Shown piece after piece: positions 27,698 to 38,247 of a stretch of 42,852 bases of DNA. Source of the stretch: Promethearchaeota archaeon (GTDB taxonomy: Archaea > Asgardarchaeota > Lokiarchaeia > Sigyniarchaeales > SOKP01); contig JBHLNT010000019.1 in assembly GCA_048941265.1 (NCBI GenBank), positions 1 to 42,852 of the forward strand, in the 5' to 3' direction. The position numbers and the translations under genes were made by a program. Each line of letters opens with the position of its first letter. Position 1 is the stretch's first letter. A model generated the notes under the pieces. That model was not told where the DNA came from. It saw only the letters and a list, made by a program, of their open reading frames with translations, and did not search any database.

Positions 27698-28582
27698 ATG
27701 AAAGAATTTAAAGATAAAGTGGCAGTTATCACTGGTTCGGCAAGTGGGATCGGTCGCGGTATAGCGAGAAGAGCTGCCAAAGAGGGCATGAAAGTGGTAT
27801 TGGCTGATATAGAAAAAGACCCTCTAATTCAAATCGAAGAAGAATTAAAATCTTCGGGAACAGATGTAATATCCGTGTTGACTGATGTTTCAAAAGCTGA
27901 AGCTATTGAAAACTTAGCTCAGAAAACCATTGATGCGTTTGGGGAAGTCCATTTATTATGCAATAACGCCGGGGTTGCCGCTCCGGGGCTTCTTTGGGAG
28001 TGTACTCTATCAGATTGGAATTGGGTAATGGGAGTAAATCTATGGGGTGTCATTCATGGGATTCGAACTTTCATTCCGATCATGCTTCAGCAAGATAATG
28101 AATGTCATATTGTTAATACTGCATCCAGCGCAGGATTAGTTCCTGGAGAACCGGGAAATGGAATTTATAGTATCACTAAACATGGAGTAGTCGTCCTTTC
28201 CGAGAATCTACGAGCAAGTTTTATGCAATTAGGGAGTAAAATTGGTGTTTCAGTGCTTTGTCCGGGATTTGTAAATACTAATATTATGGATAGCGAAAGA
28301 AATCGTCCAGCAGAATTTTGTGATCCGGACTATGAACCATGCTTAGAAAGGATTGTAAAAAATCATCCTGAAATGGAACAGTTTATTAAAGCTTTTATAA
28401 CATCGTTAGAAGAAGGGACATCTGCTGATAAAGCAGGCGATATTGTATTTGAGGCGATGAAGAACGACATTTTTTATATATTAACTGAAACCGGATTAAT
28501 GTGGAAAAGATTTATAAAAACTCGATTTGATGGAATTATGGAAGCATTTAATCAGAATAGACCTATATTAAAAGGGCTATAA
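27698..28582 (+). CDS. Short-chain dehydrogenase/reductase (tandem paralogue)
   Basis: TGSASGIG, NNAG and YSITK motifs; highly similar to the preceding gene. Confidence 0.92.
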   Translation: MKEFKDKVAVITGSASGIGRGIARRAAKEGMKVVLADIEKDPLIQIEEELKSSGTDVISVLTDVSKAEAIENLAQKTIDAFGEVHLLCNNAGVAAPGLLWECTLSDWNWVMGVNLWGVIHGIRTFIPIMLQQDNECHIVNTASSAGLVPGEPGNGIYSITKHGVVVLSENLRASFMQLGSKIGVSVLCPGFVNTNIMDSERNRPAEFCDPDYEPCLERIVKNHPEMEQFIKAFITSLEEGTSADKAGDIVFEAMKNDIFYILTETGLMWKRFIKTRFDGIMEAFNQNRPILKGL

Positions 28583-29146
28583 TTCATACAATTTTTTATT
28601 AATCCGAGGTAATAAGGCACAAATTACAGCTTGCGTTAAAATTTCAGTTCGTGTAATGACATTCTTACTTAAAAAACTGACTGCACCAGCTTCATTTTTG
28701 AGGTTTATGTTGTTAGCGAGTTTTCCTATGATAGTACCAATTTCTATTTCATGGTTTGAAAGAATTTCTTTAATAATTGATTTGGGATATTCAAAAGCTA
28801 TTCCAGATCCCAGAGTAATATTGCTTTTTTCATCTATAATCACACAGAATTGAAAATCCATGTAATTTGTTTGAGCTAATGATACTTTAACTAATCCCGC
28901 CTCAATACCAACCCCGAAGATATTTGTATCTATTTCTTTTTCATTCATTAGATAACTTAGAGCATATTCTGCTCTATTTTTTGCACCTTCTAGGATCAAA
29001 TTTATTCCAATAGGCTGATTAGGAACACCAGACTCTACCTTAATTTTGAAAATCTCAAAATCAGTAAAATATTTATCAAACGCATTTTTAACAGCGTCTA
29101 CTTTGGTTGGATTAAGAGAACCAACACATATATTAAAACTAACCAT
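28577..29146 (-). CDS. yjjX: Inosine/xanthosine triphosphatase (DUF84/YjjX)
   Basis: VGSLNPTKVDAV, SGVPNQP, GAKNRA, GVGIEAG and GAVSFLS motifs. Confidence 0.88.
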   Translation of the reverse strand: MVSFNICVGSLNPTKVDAVKNAFDKYFTDFEIFKIKVESGVPNQPIGINLILEGAKNRAEYALSYLMNEKEIDTNIFGVGIEAGLVKVSLAQTNYMDFQFCVIIDEKSNITLGSGIAFEYPKSIIKEILSNHEIEIGTIIGKLANNINLKNEAGAVSFLSKNVITRTEILTQAVICALLPRINKKLYEL

Positions 29147-29249
29147 TTTGATTTACACTATTGAAAAGTTATTTAAATATGTTCATAATCAGATATATGT
29201 TTAAATAAAATAAGAATTATACAATATTTATAGTATAATTTAAAATAAA

Positions 29250-29996
29250 TTGGGTGATTTTTTGGGGATAGAACAATTATCAGAATTAGAAATCCTTCAT
29301 GGTATTTTTACTACAATATTCGTTGTAATATCTTTATTGGTTGGATTAAAGATATTACTGAAATATTTTGAGCACAAACGCACGGAATTAGTTGCTGTTG
29401 GAATTGCATGGATGGGAATGTCGACTCCATGGATAGGAAATTCATCTTCCTTTTTATTATATGTATTATTCGGGTATAGACTTGAAATATTTCCATATCT
29501 TTTTATGGAGAATGCATTTATTCCATTAGCTTTAATATGTTGGATTTATGCCTTTTCTACTCTTGTCTATCCAAGGTCGGTAAAAAAAATAACGGTCACT
29601 TATGCAATAATATGTCTTACTTATGAAACATTTCTAATAGCAGCTTTAATAGTAGATCCGAAGATTATCGGATCACTTGAGGGGATGTTTGATTCCAACC
29701 ACACTCTTATTCCTAATTTATTTAGAGTTTTTGGAATTTTCACAGTTCTTATTACGGGGGTCATATTCGCTAAGAAATCTTTGATTTCAGATGAACCATC
29801 AATTCAATGGAAGGGGAGATTTATGTTAATAGCTATGATTTCTTTTACGGTAGGTGCTTTTCTGGATGCAGTACTTACATTTACACCATTGCAATTAGTA
29901 TTAGTTAGACTTTTATTAATATCCAGTTCTATTGAATATTATTTAGGATTCTTTTTACCAGACTTTGTTGCAAATCGATTGATAAAAAAGGAATAA
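29250..29996 (+). CDS. Stand-alone 7TM membrane protein (paralogue of 594 and 20071)
   Basis: About 7 TM; SDEPSIQWKGR and YLGFFLP motifs. Confidence 0.7.
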   Translation: MGDFLGIEQLSELEILHGIFTTIFVVISLLVGLKILLKYFEHKRTELVAVGIAWMGMSTPWIGNSSSFLLYVLFGYRLEIFPYLFMENAFIPLALICWIYAFSTLVYPRSVKKITVTYAIICLTYETFLIAALIVDPKIIGSLEGMFDSNHTLIPNLFRVFGIFTVLITGVIFAKKSLISDEPSIQWKGRFMLIAMISFTVGAFLDAVLTFTPLQLVLVRLLLISSSIEYYLGFFLPDFVANRLIKKE

Positions 29997-30108
29997 AGTA
30001 GTTCTTTTCTTTTTTTTCTTTATTTAAAGTCTATAGTGCAATTTTCAAAACTATAAAAGGGAAACAAGATTAGCTAAATTTTAAATTTAGAATTCATTTA
30101 AGCTTTTA

Positions 30109-31086
30109 ATGAGAAAGACCTATCGGTTAACAATCACCTTCTTTTTCTTGATATTAAGTATTAGTTCACTTTTATATTATCTTTATTGTAAAAGCATTTT
30201 TGTTTATAATTCTCTTGAAATTGTATTTAGCCGCTTTTTATTGCTCATGTTTTTTAATTTTCTTTTCTTTTCTTTTATTTTTTTTCTAAATTTTGAATAT
30301 TATATACGAGTTTTCAAATACATCCTGTTCTTTATGGTAATTATGTGGATTGTCGTCTATGTCTTGGGATTAATTCCAGCTTCCGGTTTTTTTTGGAATT
30401 TTTGGGAAATTATTACTCTAATATCTTTTTCGATGATTGCCCCCGGTTTGATAATCTATATTGTTTATGATATAAAGAAAATTACGTCTAAATTTGAAGC
30501 GTCCACAATTTTAGGAAAATTTCATTTACATGAGGGATTCGTGGGTATTATTTTTCTTATTATTGGTTTTTTTTTATTGAGATTAAGATCAGCTCTACTT
30601 TTTTTAAGTGATCCTTTTTACAGAAGATTAAGCTTAATTCTGTTATTTGTTCAAATACTTTCATTTATCTTCATTTATTTAGGAAGTTTTTTTTTCTTCC
30701 GAGACTGGCGTGATATAATTCATTTAAAATTTATTGAAATTAAATCAAAAATAGAAAATAATTTTCAAAGGTCTCAAAGTTTAGTTTTTAACAACATAAC
30801 AAAAGAGGATCTCCATTTCTTTAAAACATCTAAATTAATCATTCACCCGCTTGGAATGATATTAACCATCTTTTCCGTAAATATGGTTATATATGGTACT
30901 GATTTCTTACCATATCAGATATTTAACATAGCCGACGAATCAATCATTCAATTAGGTTATCTATTCTGTTTTATAGCAGGAGCGTTAATTGGAATTGATT
31001 GGTTAAGAGTTTTTAAAATCTTTTATCCTAGAGCTTATGAAGAAATTGAGAAAGAGATATCCCGGTTAAAAGCCAAAATATTATAA
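30109..31086 (+). CDS. Multi-pass membrane protein of unknown function
   Basis: About 8 hydrophobic segments; HLHEG and RDWRD motifs. Confidence 0.6.
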   Translation: MRKTYRLTITFFFLILSISSLLYYLYCKSIFVYNSLEIVFSRFLLLMFFNFLFFSFIFFLNFEYYIRVFKYILFFMVIMWIVVYVLGLIPASGFFWNFWEIITLISFSMIAPGLIIYIVYDIKKITSKFEASTILGKFHLHEGFVGIIFLIIGFFLLRLRSALLFLSDPFYRRLSLILLFVQILSFIFIYLGSFFFFRDWRDIIHLKFIEIKSKIENNFQRSQSLVFNNITKEDLHFFKTSKLIIHPLGMILTIFSVNMVIYGTDFLPYQIFNIADESIIQLGYLFCFIAGALIGIDWLRVFKIFYPRAYEEIEKEISRLKAKIL

Positions 31087-31677
31087 TAGGAATTGGTTAA
31101 ATTCATCTCTTAAAATCTGGTATACTTTATTCATAGGTAACCCTATTACATTCGAAGAGGACCCCTGAATTGATTCAATAAAAAGGCTTGCTTTTTCCCT
31201 AATAGAATAGGCACCAGCTCTTCCTTGCCATTCTCCAGTTTTTATATAACCCCAAATTTCTTTATCGGTCAAATCTAAAAATTTTACAGACGTAGACTCG
31301 GAGGATAGTATTATTTTGGGATTATAAGTCTCTGTAATTGCAATTGCTGTTATTAAATTATGGGAATTACCTGCTAATTGCCTTAAAATTCTAAATGCAT
31401 GCTCTTCATTATTAGCTTTTCCTATAATTTCACCATTTAATTCAACAATGGTATCTGCTCCTATAATAATAGCATCTCTGTTAATTTGAGCTAATTTTTT
31501 TTTGGCCTTTAATACTTTTGCGTTTGCTAATTGTTTAACTAACTCAATTGGATTAGAAGTTTCTTTTTTATACTTATCTTCATCCACATTCGTTATCAAA
31601 ATTTCAAATGGAATACGTGCTCTTTTAAGAAGCTCCCTTCGGTCAATAGATCTAGAGGCTAATACAATATTTTTCAT
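31081..31677 (-). CDS. maf: Maf-family nucleoside triphosphate pyrophosphatase
   Basis: IVLASRS..RRELL, GADTIV...IIGKA, GRAGAY and NVIGLP motifs. Confidence 0.92.
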   Translation of the reverse strand: MKNIVLASRSIDRRELLKRARIPFEILITNVDEDKYKKETSNPIELVKQLANAKVLKAKKKLAQINRDAIIIGADTIVELNGEIIGKANNEEHAFRILRQLAGNSHNLITAIAITETYNPKIILSSESTSVKFLDLTDKEIWGYIKTGEWQGRAGAYSIREKASLFIESIQGSSSNVIGLPMNKVYQILRDEFNQFLL

Positions 31678-31774
31678 AATTAACTAAATTTTTTAGTAAA
31701 TTTTATTTATGGTTTCTTACCTTTTAATCTCAGATTTATTCACTTAATTCCTTAATTAATTTATTAGTGCTCAA

Positions 31775-32902
31775 ATGTTTATTAGCATTTTCTATATTTG
31801 GTTTTTATTATTGTTAGTGTCTTATTTTGTTATGCTTTTTGCATATTTGTATTTTTCAAATAAATCAGATATCCTCAATAATATTTTAAGCTTCGGAGCG
31901 TTGTTTTTCGTGTTTATTAATATACTCTTATTCCTTATATTAATGGTGCAGGATGAAGATCTTCATGAAGAGACGCTTCCCCTCTTTACCTTTGCTCTTT
32001 TATTGCCTATTGTGTTAATCGGTGCTACAATACTAATATCGACTGCTATCGTAGTTTTATTTAGAGTAATTACGAAAGATAAAGGTTTAAATAAATTTAA
32101 GAATAGATTGGAAATCAGTGTAAAAGAAATCAGTAAAATAAAAAAGGATATTATGAGAAAGATAAACCATGTATTAATTTTTATAGGTCTTTTAGGTGTG
32201 TGGTATATAAGTTATAATACTGTGAGAGATTATGCCAAAAATGATGATAATAATGCTGATATAAAAATTGACCCTGATATAACCAATATGCTTTATTTGT
32301 ATTTTAGGATCTTGACAAAACCAAATTCTATTGAAAATATAATGCTTTCATTGCAATGGTTCTACTATGTGTTATTTTTTTTCTTTTATATCTTCTGCAT
32401 CATAATGCTTGTAAATGAAATAACGCGAAAAACAAAATATTTAGCATTTCCTTTTAATTTACTCCCAACTTTAATAATGACTGAGGATGAAAAACAATCT
32501 TATTGTAGCTATCTATATTTTTGCATAGGCCAAATGTTTGCCGCATTTATATGTCCCCCAATGGTTTTTTTTGCGATTCTTGGAATGAGTTCCATAGGTG
32601 ATTTAATGACAAGCCAAATTGGAATAAGATATGGGAAAAGGCACTTTTCATGGAATACTGGTAAAACTTTTGAAGGAACTTTAGCTGGTACCATAGTTTC
32701 TTTCATTATATGCGTAATTTTTATAGGTCCTTTCTATGGATTCCTTCTGGTTGGAGCATTTATGATTTTTGATATGATTACAAGTAAACCAATAAATTTA
32801 TCAGATAATTTATTAATTCCAATAGGATGTGCTATTATCTACGTAATTGTTCGGTATGTTTTAGATGTAGATTATTTTTCTGTTATCCTACAACTAATTT
32901 AA
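31775..32902 (+). CDS. CTP-dependent polyprenol/diacylglycerol kinase family (dolichol/phytol kinase-like)
   Basis: RKINH, GDLMTSQIGIRYGK, KTFEGTLAG and SDNLLIP motifs. Confidence 0.82.
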   Translation: MFISIFYIWFLLLLVSYFVMLFAYLYFSNKSDILNNILSFGALFFVFINILLFLILMVQDEDLHEETLPLFTFALLLPIVLIGATILISTAIVVLFRVITKDKGLNKFKNRLEISVKEISKIKKDIMRKINHVLIFIGLLGVWYISYNTVRDYAKNDDNNADIKIDPDITNMLYLYFRILTKPNSIENIMLSLQWFYYVLFFFFYIFCIIMLVNEITRKTKYLAFPFNLLPTLIMTEDEKQSYCSYLYFCIGQMFAAFICPPMVFFAILGMSSIGDLMTSQIGIRYGKRHFSWNTGKTFEGTLAGTIVSFIICVIFIGPFYGFLLVGAFMIFDMITSKPINLSDNLLIPIGCAIIYVIVRYVLDVDYFSVILQLI

Positions 32903-33014
32903 ATTAGGTTTTGTAAAAAGTGAAAGTAAAATTTATATTTTTTTAAACTTAACCTCATATAATCTTTCTTATTCCTTTAGAAAGGATGATATTTTTATTT
33001 TGGTTCGTAGATTG

Positions 33015-33158
33015 ATGAAAGAAGAAAACAAAAAAATAAATTCAGAAAAGGAAGAAACACCGACTAAGGACGATGAAGAAGATATTTCTAAAGAAAAAAC
33101 TGAATTTGTTGATTTAGATTGGATCTTTGATAAAGGGTGGTTGAGAACAAAGAAATAA
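33015..33158 (+). CDS. Small acidic protein (47 aa)
   Basis: MKEENKKINSEKEETPTKDDEEDISKEKTEFVDLDWIFDKGWLRTKK*; purine-rich, coding-like composition in an intergenic gap. Confidence 0.5.
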   Translation: MKEENKKINSEKEETPTKDDEEDISKEKTEFVDLDWIFDKGWLRTKK

Positions 33159-33259
33159 AATGGTGACTTCTATTATTTTTAAACCAACTTTTATAAATGT
33201 TAAAATATTGATGAACAATTAACAATTGATCAAATAATAATAAAGGACTCTACAATACG

Positions 33260-34339
33260 ATGGTAATCTTCTCATATTTACCGGTTTCAATTTTATGCCT
33301 CATTTTTGCAGCGCTAATGTTTATACATATAATAAAAACATGGAATTCTGAAAATAAGAACGGATATAAAAAGCTTAATGAGGTAATATATGCCCTATTA
33401 ACCGTAGCATTTGCACTTTTTTATCCGTTTATAATATTAAGATTTGGTGGGAATAAGCAGGGTATTATCTTCCCTAATGCTGTAGATGAACTAAGCTTTT
33501 TAGGAAATATTTTTATTGTCGGAGTTATGATTGGTGTGTCTTTTTGGGGGATATCGGCAAAATTAAGGACTATTCGAAATCCTGAACTTTTAATAGAACA
33601 ACATAACTATGAACTTTTCTGTAAGGAATTTTTAGAAAAATACTCTGAAAGAAGTCAAATAAAGCGCAGGATTACTCATATTCTTCCTGGAGCTGTGGTT
33701 GGATTATGTATTATAATAGTCTATTATTTCTTTTTTGATCTCTTGGGAAGTGCTTGGATTGATTATGCGATGTTTATCATAATTATCATCGGTATCGATT
33801 TTGCCTTAACTTTTATAGCTCAAGATTTAATTCGTTTATTTGATTTTAGCTACATGCCTCCAACGGCTATTAAAATGTGTAAAGCAGGACTCACTCCTGA
33901 TGAATTAGATTCTTTTTCAAGTACTTCTATTATGGTTTTTTCTTTTGGACCTTTTATTTTTTTTATTTTTCCTATCTTTTTTATAGTTATTTTAATAACT
34001 TCTGTGGCTGATGCGATGGCCTCCATGATTGGCATACTAAGCGGGAATAAAAAACATCATTTTCCAAAAAGTACAAATAAATCCATTGAAGGCTATATAG
34101 GTGGGTTTATATTTACCTTTATTTGTACAGTTTTTGCGGTGGTTTTTTCTAACCATTTTCAACTATCAAATTGGGGATTAGAATTAACATTGTTCATTGC
34201 CTTTATGCTTTCTATTGTATTTGTTTTGATCGATCTTCTAACAAGCAAAATTGAATTGCAAGACAATTATTTAAATCCGTTTATAATTGGATTTGTTCTT
34301 ATATTAATCCTTATTGCTGCCAAAATTTCAATATTTTAA
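33260..34339 (+). CDS. CTP-dependent polyprenol/diacylglycerol kinase family (second copy)
   Basis: RRITH, ADAMASMIG, KSIEGYIGG and QDNYLNP motifs. Confidence 0.8.
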   Translation: MVIFSYLPVSILCLIFAALMFIHIIKTWNSENKNGYKKLNEVIYALLTVAFALFYPFIILRFGGNKQGIIFPNAVDELSFLGNIFIVGVMIGVSFWGISAKLRTIRNPELLIEQHNYELFCKEFLEKYSERSQIKRRITHILPGAVVGLCIIIVYYFFFDLLGSAWIDYAMFIIIIIGIDFALTFIAQDLIRLFDFSYMPPTAIKMCKAGLTPDELDSFSSTSIMVFSFGPFIFFIFPIFFIVILITSVADAMASMIGILSGNKKHHFPKSTNKSIEGYIGGFIFTFICTVFAVVFSNHFQLSNWGLELTLFIAFMLSIVFVLIDLLTSKIELQDNYLNPFIIGFVLILILIAAKISIF

Positions 34340-34625
34340 AATATTGAAAAGATGATTAGTAGATATTGATTGGAAAAATCAATAGAAATAAAAAGTTAAA
34401 AAAAAAAACAAATGTATTTAAAATTTTAACCTTTCATAAGAGTGTGAAAGCTTTTAACAATTTAATAATCATTTTTGAATCTTTCATTTGAATTTAAGGG
34501 CATAAGTCAAGTATCTTTAACAACAATTAATAAAGATTAACAATAATTTTTTAAATCACATGAAATTTATTTCAAATAAAAAGAGTGGGAACCATTCGAC
34601 ATGATACCCTTTTTACCAGATATAG

Positions 34626-35333
34626 GTGAACCTTACAATTTCGAAAAAAAATGAGATTAAAGATTTTGAAGCTAAAATACTTGAGTATATTACAAGAAAT
34701 CCAGACGGCGTTACTATTACTGATATAGCAGATGAGACAGAAATCTCAAGAAATACAGTTTCGAAGTATGTGTCGATTTTAGGAGTCAAGAAGAAGATTT
34801 TTAGTCGGAAAATAGGCGCCTATAAATTATATTTTTGCGCGGAGAGAGATTCATTTTCAAAATTATATATTATAGCATATTATAAAGGTCTTTTACATGG
34901 TTTAAAAGAAAATTTTCCTGATTCAGAAGAGATTTTTAAAAATATTGGACGGACTTGTTATAAATATATAGATTTTTCTTTAGGGCCAATGATTTCAAAA
35001 GAACTGAAAGGCTTTAAAGTGAATCGCCTTTTGAAACTTTATTATGAAGTATTTGGGAAGTTTTTTCCGACATATAGTGTTGTACAACCAACAATTGAAA
35101 TATCATCAAGAAAGATTAATGGGAATAAAACAGGGAGCATACTCAAATTCGCAAATTCAGCATTTTTACAAGACTCTGACGATTTTATACTACATGCCCA
35201 TATTATTGCTGGAATACTTGAGGAACTTTGGGATGTAGAAGTTAGAAGGAAAATAAAATGCAATGTTGGGAAGGTCCATATTTCTGAAAGGAAAGAGGAT
35301 TCTTATTATGAATTAGTTATAGAGAGATTATAA
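34626..35333 (+). CDS. wHTH plus V4R/HNOX-like regulator, copy 1
   Basis: GVTITDIA...SRNTVSKY..IL HTH; IGR and H.IIAGILE..C motifs of V4R-like domains. Confidence 0.75.
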   Translation: MNLTISKKNEIKDFEAKILEYITRNPDGVTITDIADETEISRNTVSKYVSILGVKKKIFSRKIGAYKLYFCAERDSFSKLYIIAYYKGLLHGLKENFPDSEEIFKNIGRTCYKYIDFSLGPMISKELKGFKVNRLLKLYYEVFGKFFPTYSVVQPTIEISSRKINGNKTGSILKFANSAFLQDSDDFILHAHIIAGILEELWDVEVRRKIKCNVGKVHISERKEDSYYELVIERL

Positions 35334-35425
35334 AACTCCAATATTTGAAATTTAATTCATTATAATAGAAATACTTCTAAATTTTAATAAATTAAAAAAA
35401 AAAATTAAAAAAAAAATTTATAATT

Positions 35426-36925
35426 TTATTCTCGGTTTCTCCTTCTTCTCATAACCACGTAAATAAGTCCGATTATAACAGCTGCTGAAATTCCGCCAAC
35501 GAGATAAAGAAGATATCTAACCGCAGGTATTTGTAAATAATCCATTGGCAAGCTTTCCAATCGGTAAAATTCCGTGCCATCATCATCTTTAAACGATACT
35601 GATTCTTGGGTTCCCATATCTCCATAAGTAAAAGTTACTTCCCAATCTTTTAGTTTTCTGTCGGGATTTGCAGGATCTACTGTACCGTCAGGATATTCGA
35701 ATTTAAGTGTAATAGCATTACCGTCAACGTCAACGTCTCCCCTAACTTTTACGCTCGGATCAAGTCCAGGAATACCTACCTCAACAGCCCTATCATTAAT
35801 ATCAAAATCGTCTGCTATTCTCGCTAGAAAATCATGTACAGGGGTATATGTTGGTAAGCCTTCTGTAAGCAAATTGAATAAGAATCCAAACTTTCCTGGA
35901 ATTTGAGTTCCAACAAGATCACTTATCGCTAATAATCCGGTGGTTCCATTTTGCAGAAAGTTTGTTCCATCTGCTTTTAAGGAAGATTCTAATAACATCC
36001 ATGGTAAATTCTCTACTCCCGGATTAGCTTCACCTATCTGAGGAAGGACGATAAAACCTCCTAGAGGTCCAGTTAAAAGATTTGCTACAGAGGTGTTTAG
36101 ATTACTCCAATCAGTTGGAGATAACTGGTTTATAGAGGTGTTAATAGCAATTATGGTTTCTACGAGCGGCTCAATATTAGATAATAATTCATCTTTCACA
36201 TTTCTTAGTTTTTTATATGTATCATACCAATCGTGAGGATCAGCCAAGAATGGAATTTTTTCTTTCAGCCTATCTGGGTTCGCTTTATATGGTTCATCTG
36301 TAAATTCCCAGAAGTCTCTTTTAAGGATTGTCCCATCTAATTTTTCTGGATATTTTTCATTTATATAATCTGTAGTAATAGGATAATCCTGTGCCAAATA
36401 AAAAGCATCACTAGCATTTGTCCATGTCCAATTTTTTGGATCGCCTGCTGGTGCTGTTTGAAATCCTCCTGGAGCAAGTGCTACACTAAGTGCTACTGCT
36501 ACTAGCACAGGACCTTCGCTAGTAAGATCAGAAAGACCAGTTATGCCATTATATATGTAGTCAAAAACACTGTTAAAATCTGTAATTTCTGGTGTGTCTT
36601 CAACTTCTACTTCTGCTTTAAGAACGAAATCTGCGAAAAAATCTATTTGACGTTTATCTTCTTTCCATTCAAGTACCTTTGTTCTCGATTTTGCGTCTAC
36701 TTTATCAGCATCCCCATAAAAGTAATCATCAGGTTCGCTTGCTTCTTTACCTAAATGTTTATCCCATTCATCCTGGTCAAACAACTTTACTTGACTTTCT
36801 GTCTTAACTCCTTTTGCCTCTTTAGGAACTCCAAACTTGTACGCTAGAGCAGGTCGTGTTGTTGATAGAGTGCTCATGAGAAAAATAGTGAGAAAAATAA
36901 TACCATATACTAATTTTTTCTTCAT
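35426..36925 (-). CDS. Secreted/surface protein with signal peptide and C-terminal membrane anchor (Loki-CTERM-like)
   Basis: MKKK plus hydrophobic N-terminus; acidic core with NxT/S sequons; C-terminal IP-TM-RRRR. Confidence 0.75.
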   Translation of the reverse strand: MKKKLVYGIIFLTIFLMSTLSTTRPALAYKFGVPKEAKGVKTESQVKLFDQDEWDKHLGKEASEPDDYFYGDADKVDAKSRTKVLEWKEDKRQIDFFADFVLKAEVEVEDTPEITDFNSVFDYIYNGITGLSDLTSEGPVLVAVALSVALAPGGFQTAPAGDPKNWTWTNASDAFYLAQDYPITTDYINEKYPEKLDGTILKRDFWEFTDEPYKANPDRLKEKIPFLADPHDWYDTYKKLRNVKDELLSNIEPLVETIIAINTSINQLSPTDWSNLNTSVANLLTGPLGGFIVLPQIGEANPGVENLPWMLLESSLKADGTNFLQNGTTGLLAISDLVGTQIPGKFGFLFNLLTEGLPTYTPVHDFLARIADDFDINDRAVEVGIPGLDPSVKVRGDVDVDGNAITLKFEYPDGTVDPANPDRKLKDWEVTFTYGDMGTQESVSFKDDDGTEFYRLESLPMDYLQIPAVRYLLYLVGGISAAVIIGLIYVVMRRRRNRE

Positions 36926-37140
36926 TTATAACATCTATTCCTTGTTTAATTGATCAATATTGCTTTAGTTTTTTAGAAAAAACATTAAAAATTTTTGTTA
37001 AATTATATTCTGATTTTATTCTTTATAAATGTTAACAATTAATGCTCAACTTTATGCATCACAACTAATGATCAAATATAAATAGGTCATTACCTTACAT
37101 ATAAACTATAATTTTTTATTTCACTATGATTTAAAAAAAT

Positions 37141-37851
37141 ATGGTGAAGATTGCCATTTCAAAGAAAAGTGAATCTATTGATTATGAATCTAAGATTTTG
37201 GAATGTATAAGAGAAAACCCAAGTGGTATTACAATAACGGACATAGCAAAAGCCAAGGGATTTTCAAGAAATACGATTTCTAAATATGTTTCTATGCTTG
37301 AACTTAAAGAGAAGATATTTAAAAGAAAAGTTGGGGCATACAACTTATATTTTAGTTCTAAAAAAAGTTATTTCCCAAAGGAGATTATTTCATCGTATTA
37401 TAAAGCAATTCTATCAGGATTGAAGAAAAACTATCCAAATGACGAGGAAGTTTTTAAAGATATTGGACGTAATAGTTTAAATTTCATCGATTTTTCATTT
37501 GGTCCTACAGTTAGGAAAGGCTTAAAGAGCTTGCGGAACATTCCCATCCCTAAATTGTATTTTGAAGTTTTTGGCAGATTTTACCCATCATATGATATTT
37601 TGCAACCTTCAATTGAAATTTCCGAGCCAATGATGGATGAATCAGGAAATAAAGCGGTTTATAGATTTAAAAATTCAGAGTTTTTAAATAAAACGAAAGA
37701 TTTTATTTATCATTTTTATATTGTATCTGGAATTATTGAGGCATTGTGGGAAAGGGAAATGGAGAGACCAGTAGAATGTAAGGTTGAAGAAATCCATGTT
37801 GGTAATAACAAAAACGATGCTTTCTTTGAATTATCTATTGAGATAAAATAG
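37141..37851 (+). CDS. wHTH plus V4R/HNOX-like regulator, copy 2
   Basis: Paralogue of 34626 and 39295 across the full length. Confidence 0.75.
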   Translation: MVKIAISKKSESIDYESKILECIRENPSGITITDIAKAKGFSRNTISKYVSMLELKEKIFKRKVGAYNLYFSSKKSYFPKEIISSYYKAILSGLKKNYPNDEEVFKDIGRNSLNFIDFSFGPTVRKGLKSLRNIPIPKLYFEVFGRFYPSYDILQPSIEISEPMMDESGNKAVYRFKNSEFLNKTKDFIYHFYIVSGIIEALWEREMERPVECKVEEIHVGNNKNDAFFELSIEIK

Positions 37852-38247
37852 AGCAAATAACTTTACTGTTTTTGGTTAAATAATTCCAACTTTTTCGCTT
37901 GTAAATTCGATTATTTCCTCCTGCCATATTTTAGCGAAAGCTCTAAACTCATTATCATTTAATTTTTACGATAGAAAATTAGCAACCTTTAATGAATTGC
38001 CTGTACTCGTGAAATAATAGAGTGATATTTTCGTATACTTTTGATTTCTCTTTTTATTGAGAAAATCACATAAAATTTAATCTATAGGTTGTTTTTTCTA
38101 ATGAACTACACTTATTAAGACTTTTATAAGTTGTCATAATGAGATAACTATTTCTGAATATTATTAATACCTAGAAAAAAAGATTTAAAAATAATTTGAA
38201 CTTACTAATTATACCAAAATCCAATTTATCTAAAAAATGATGAAATT

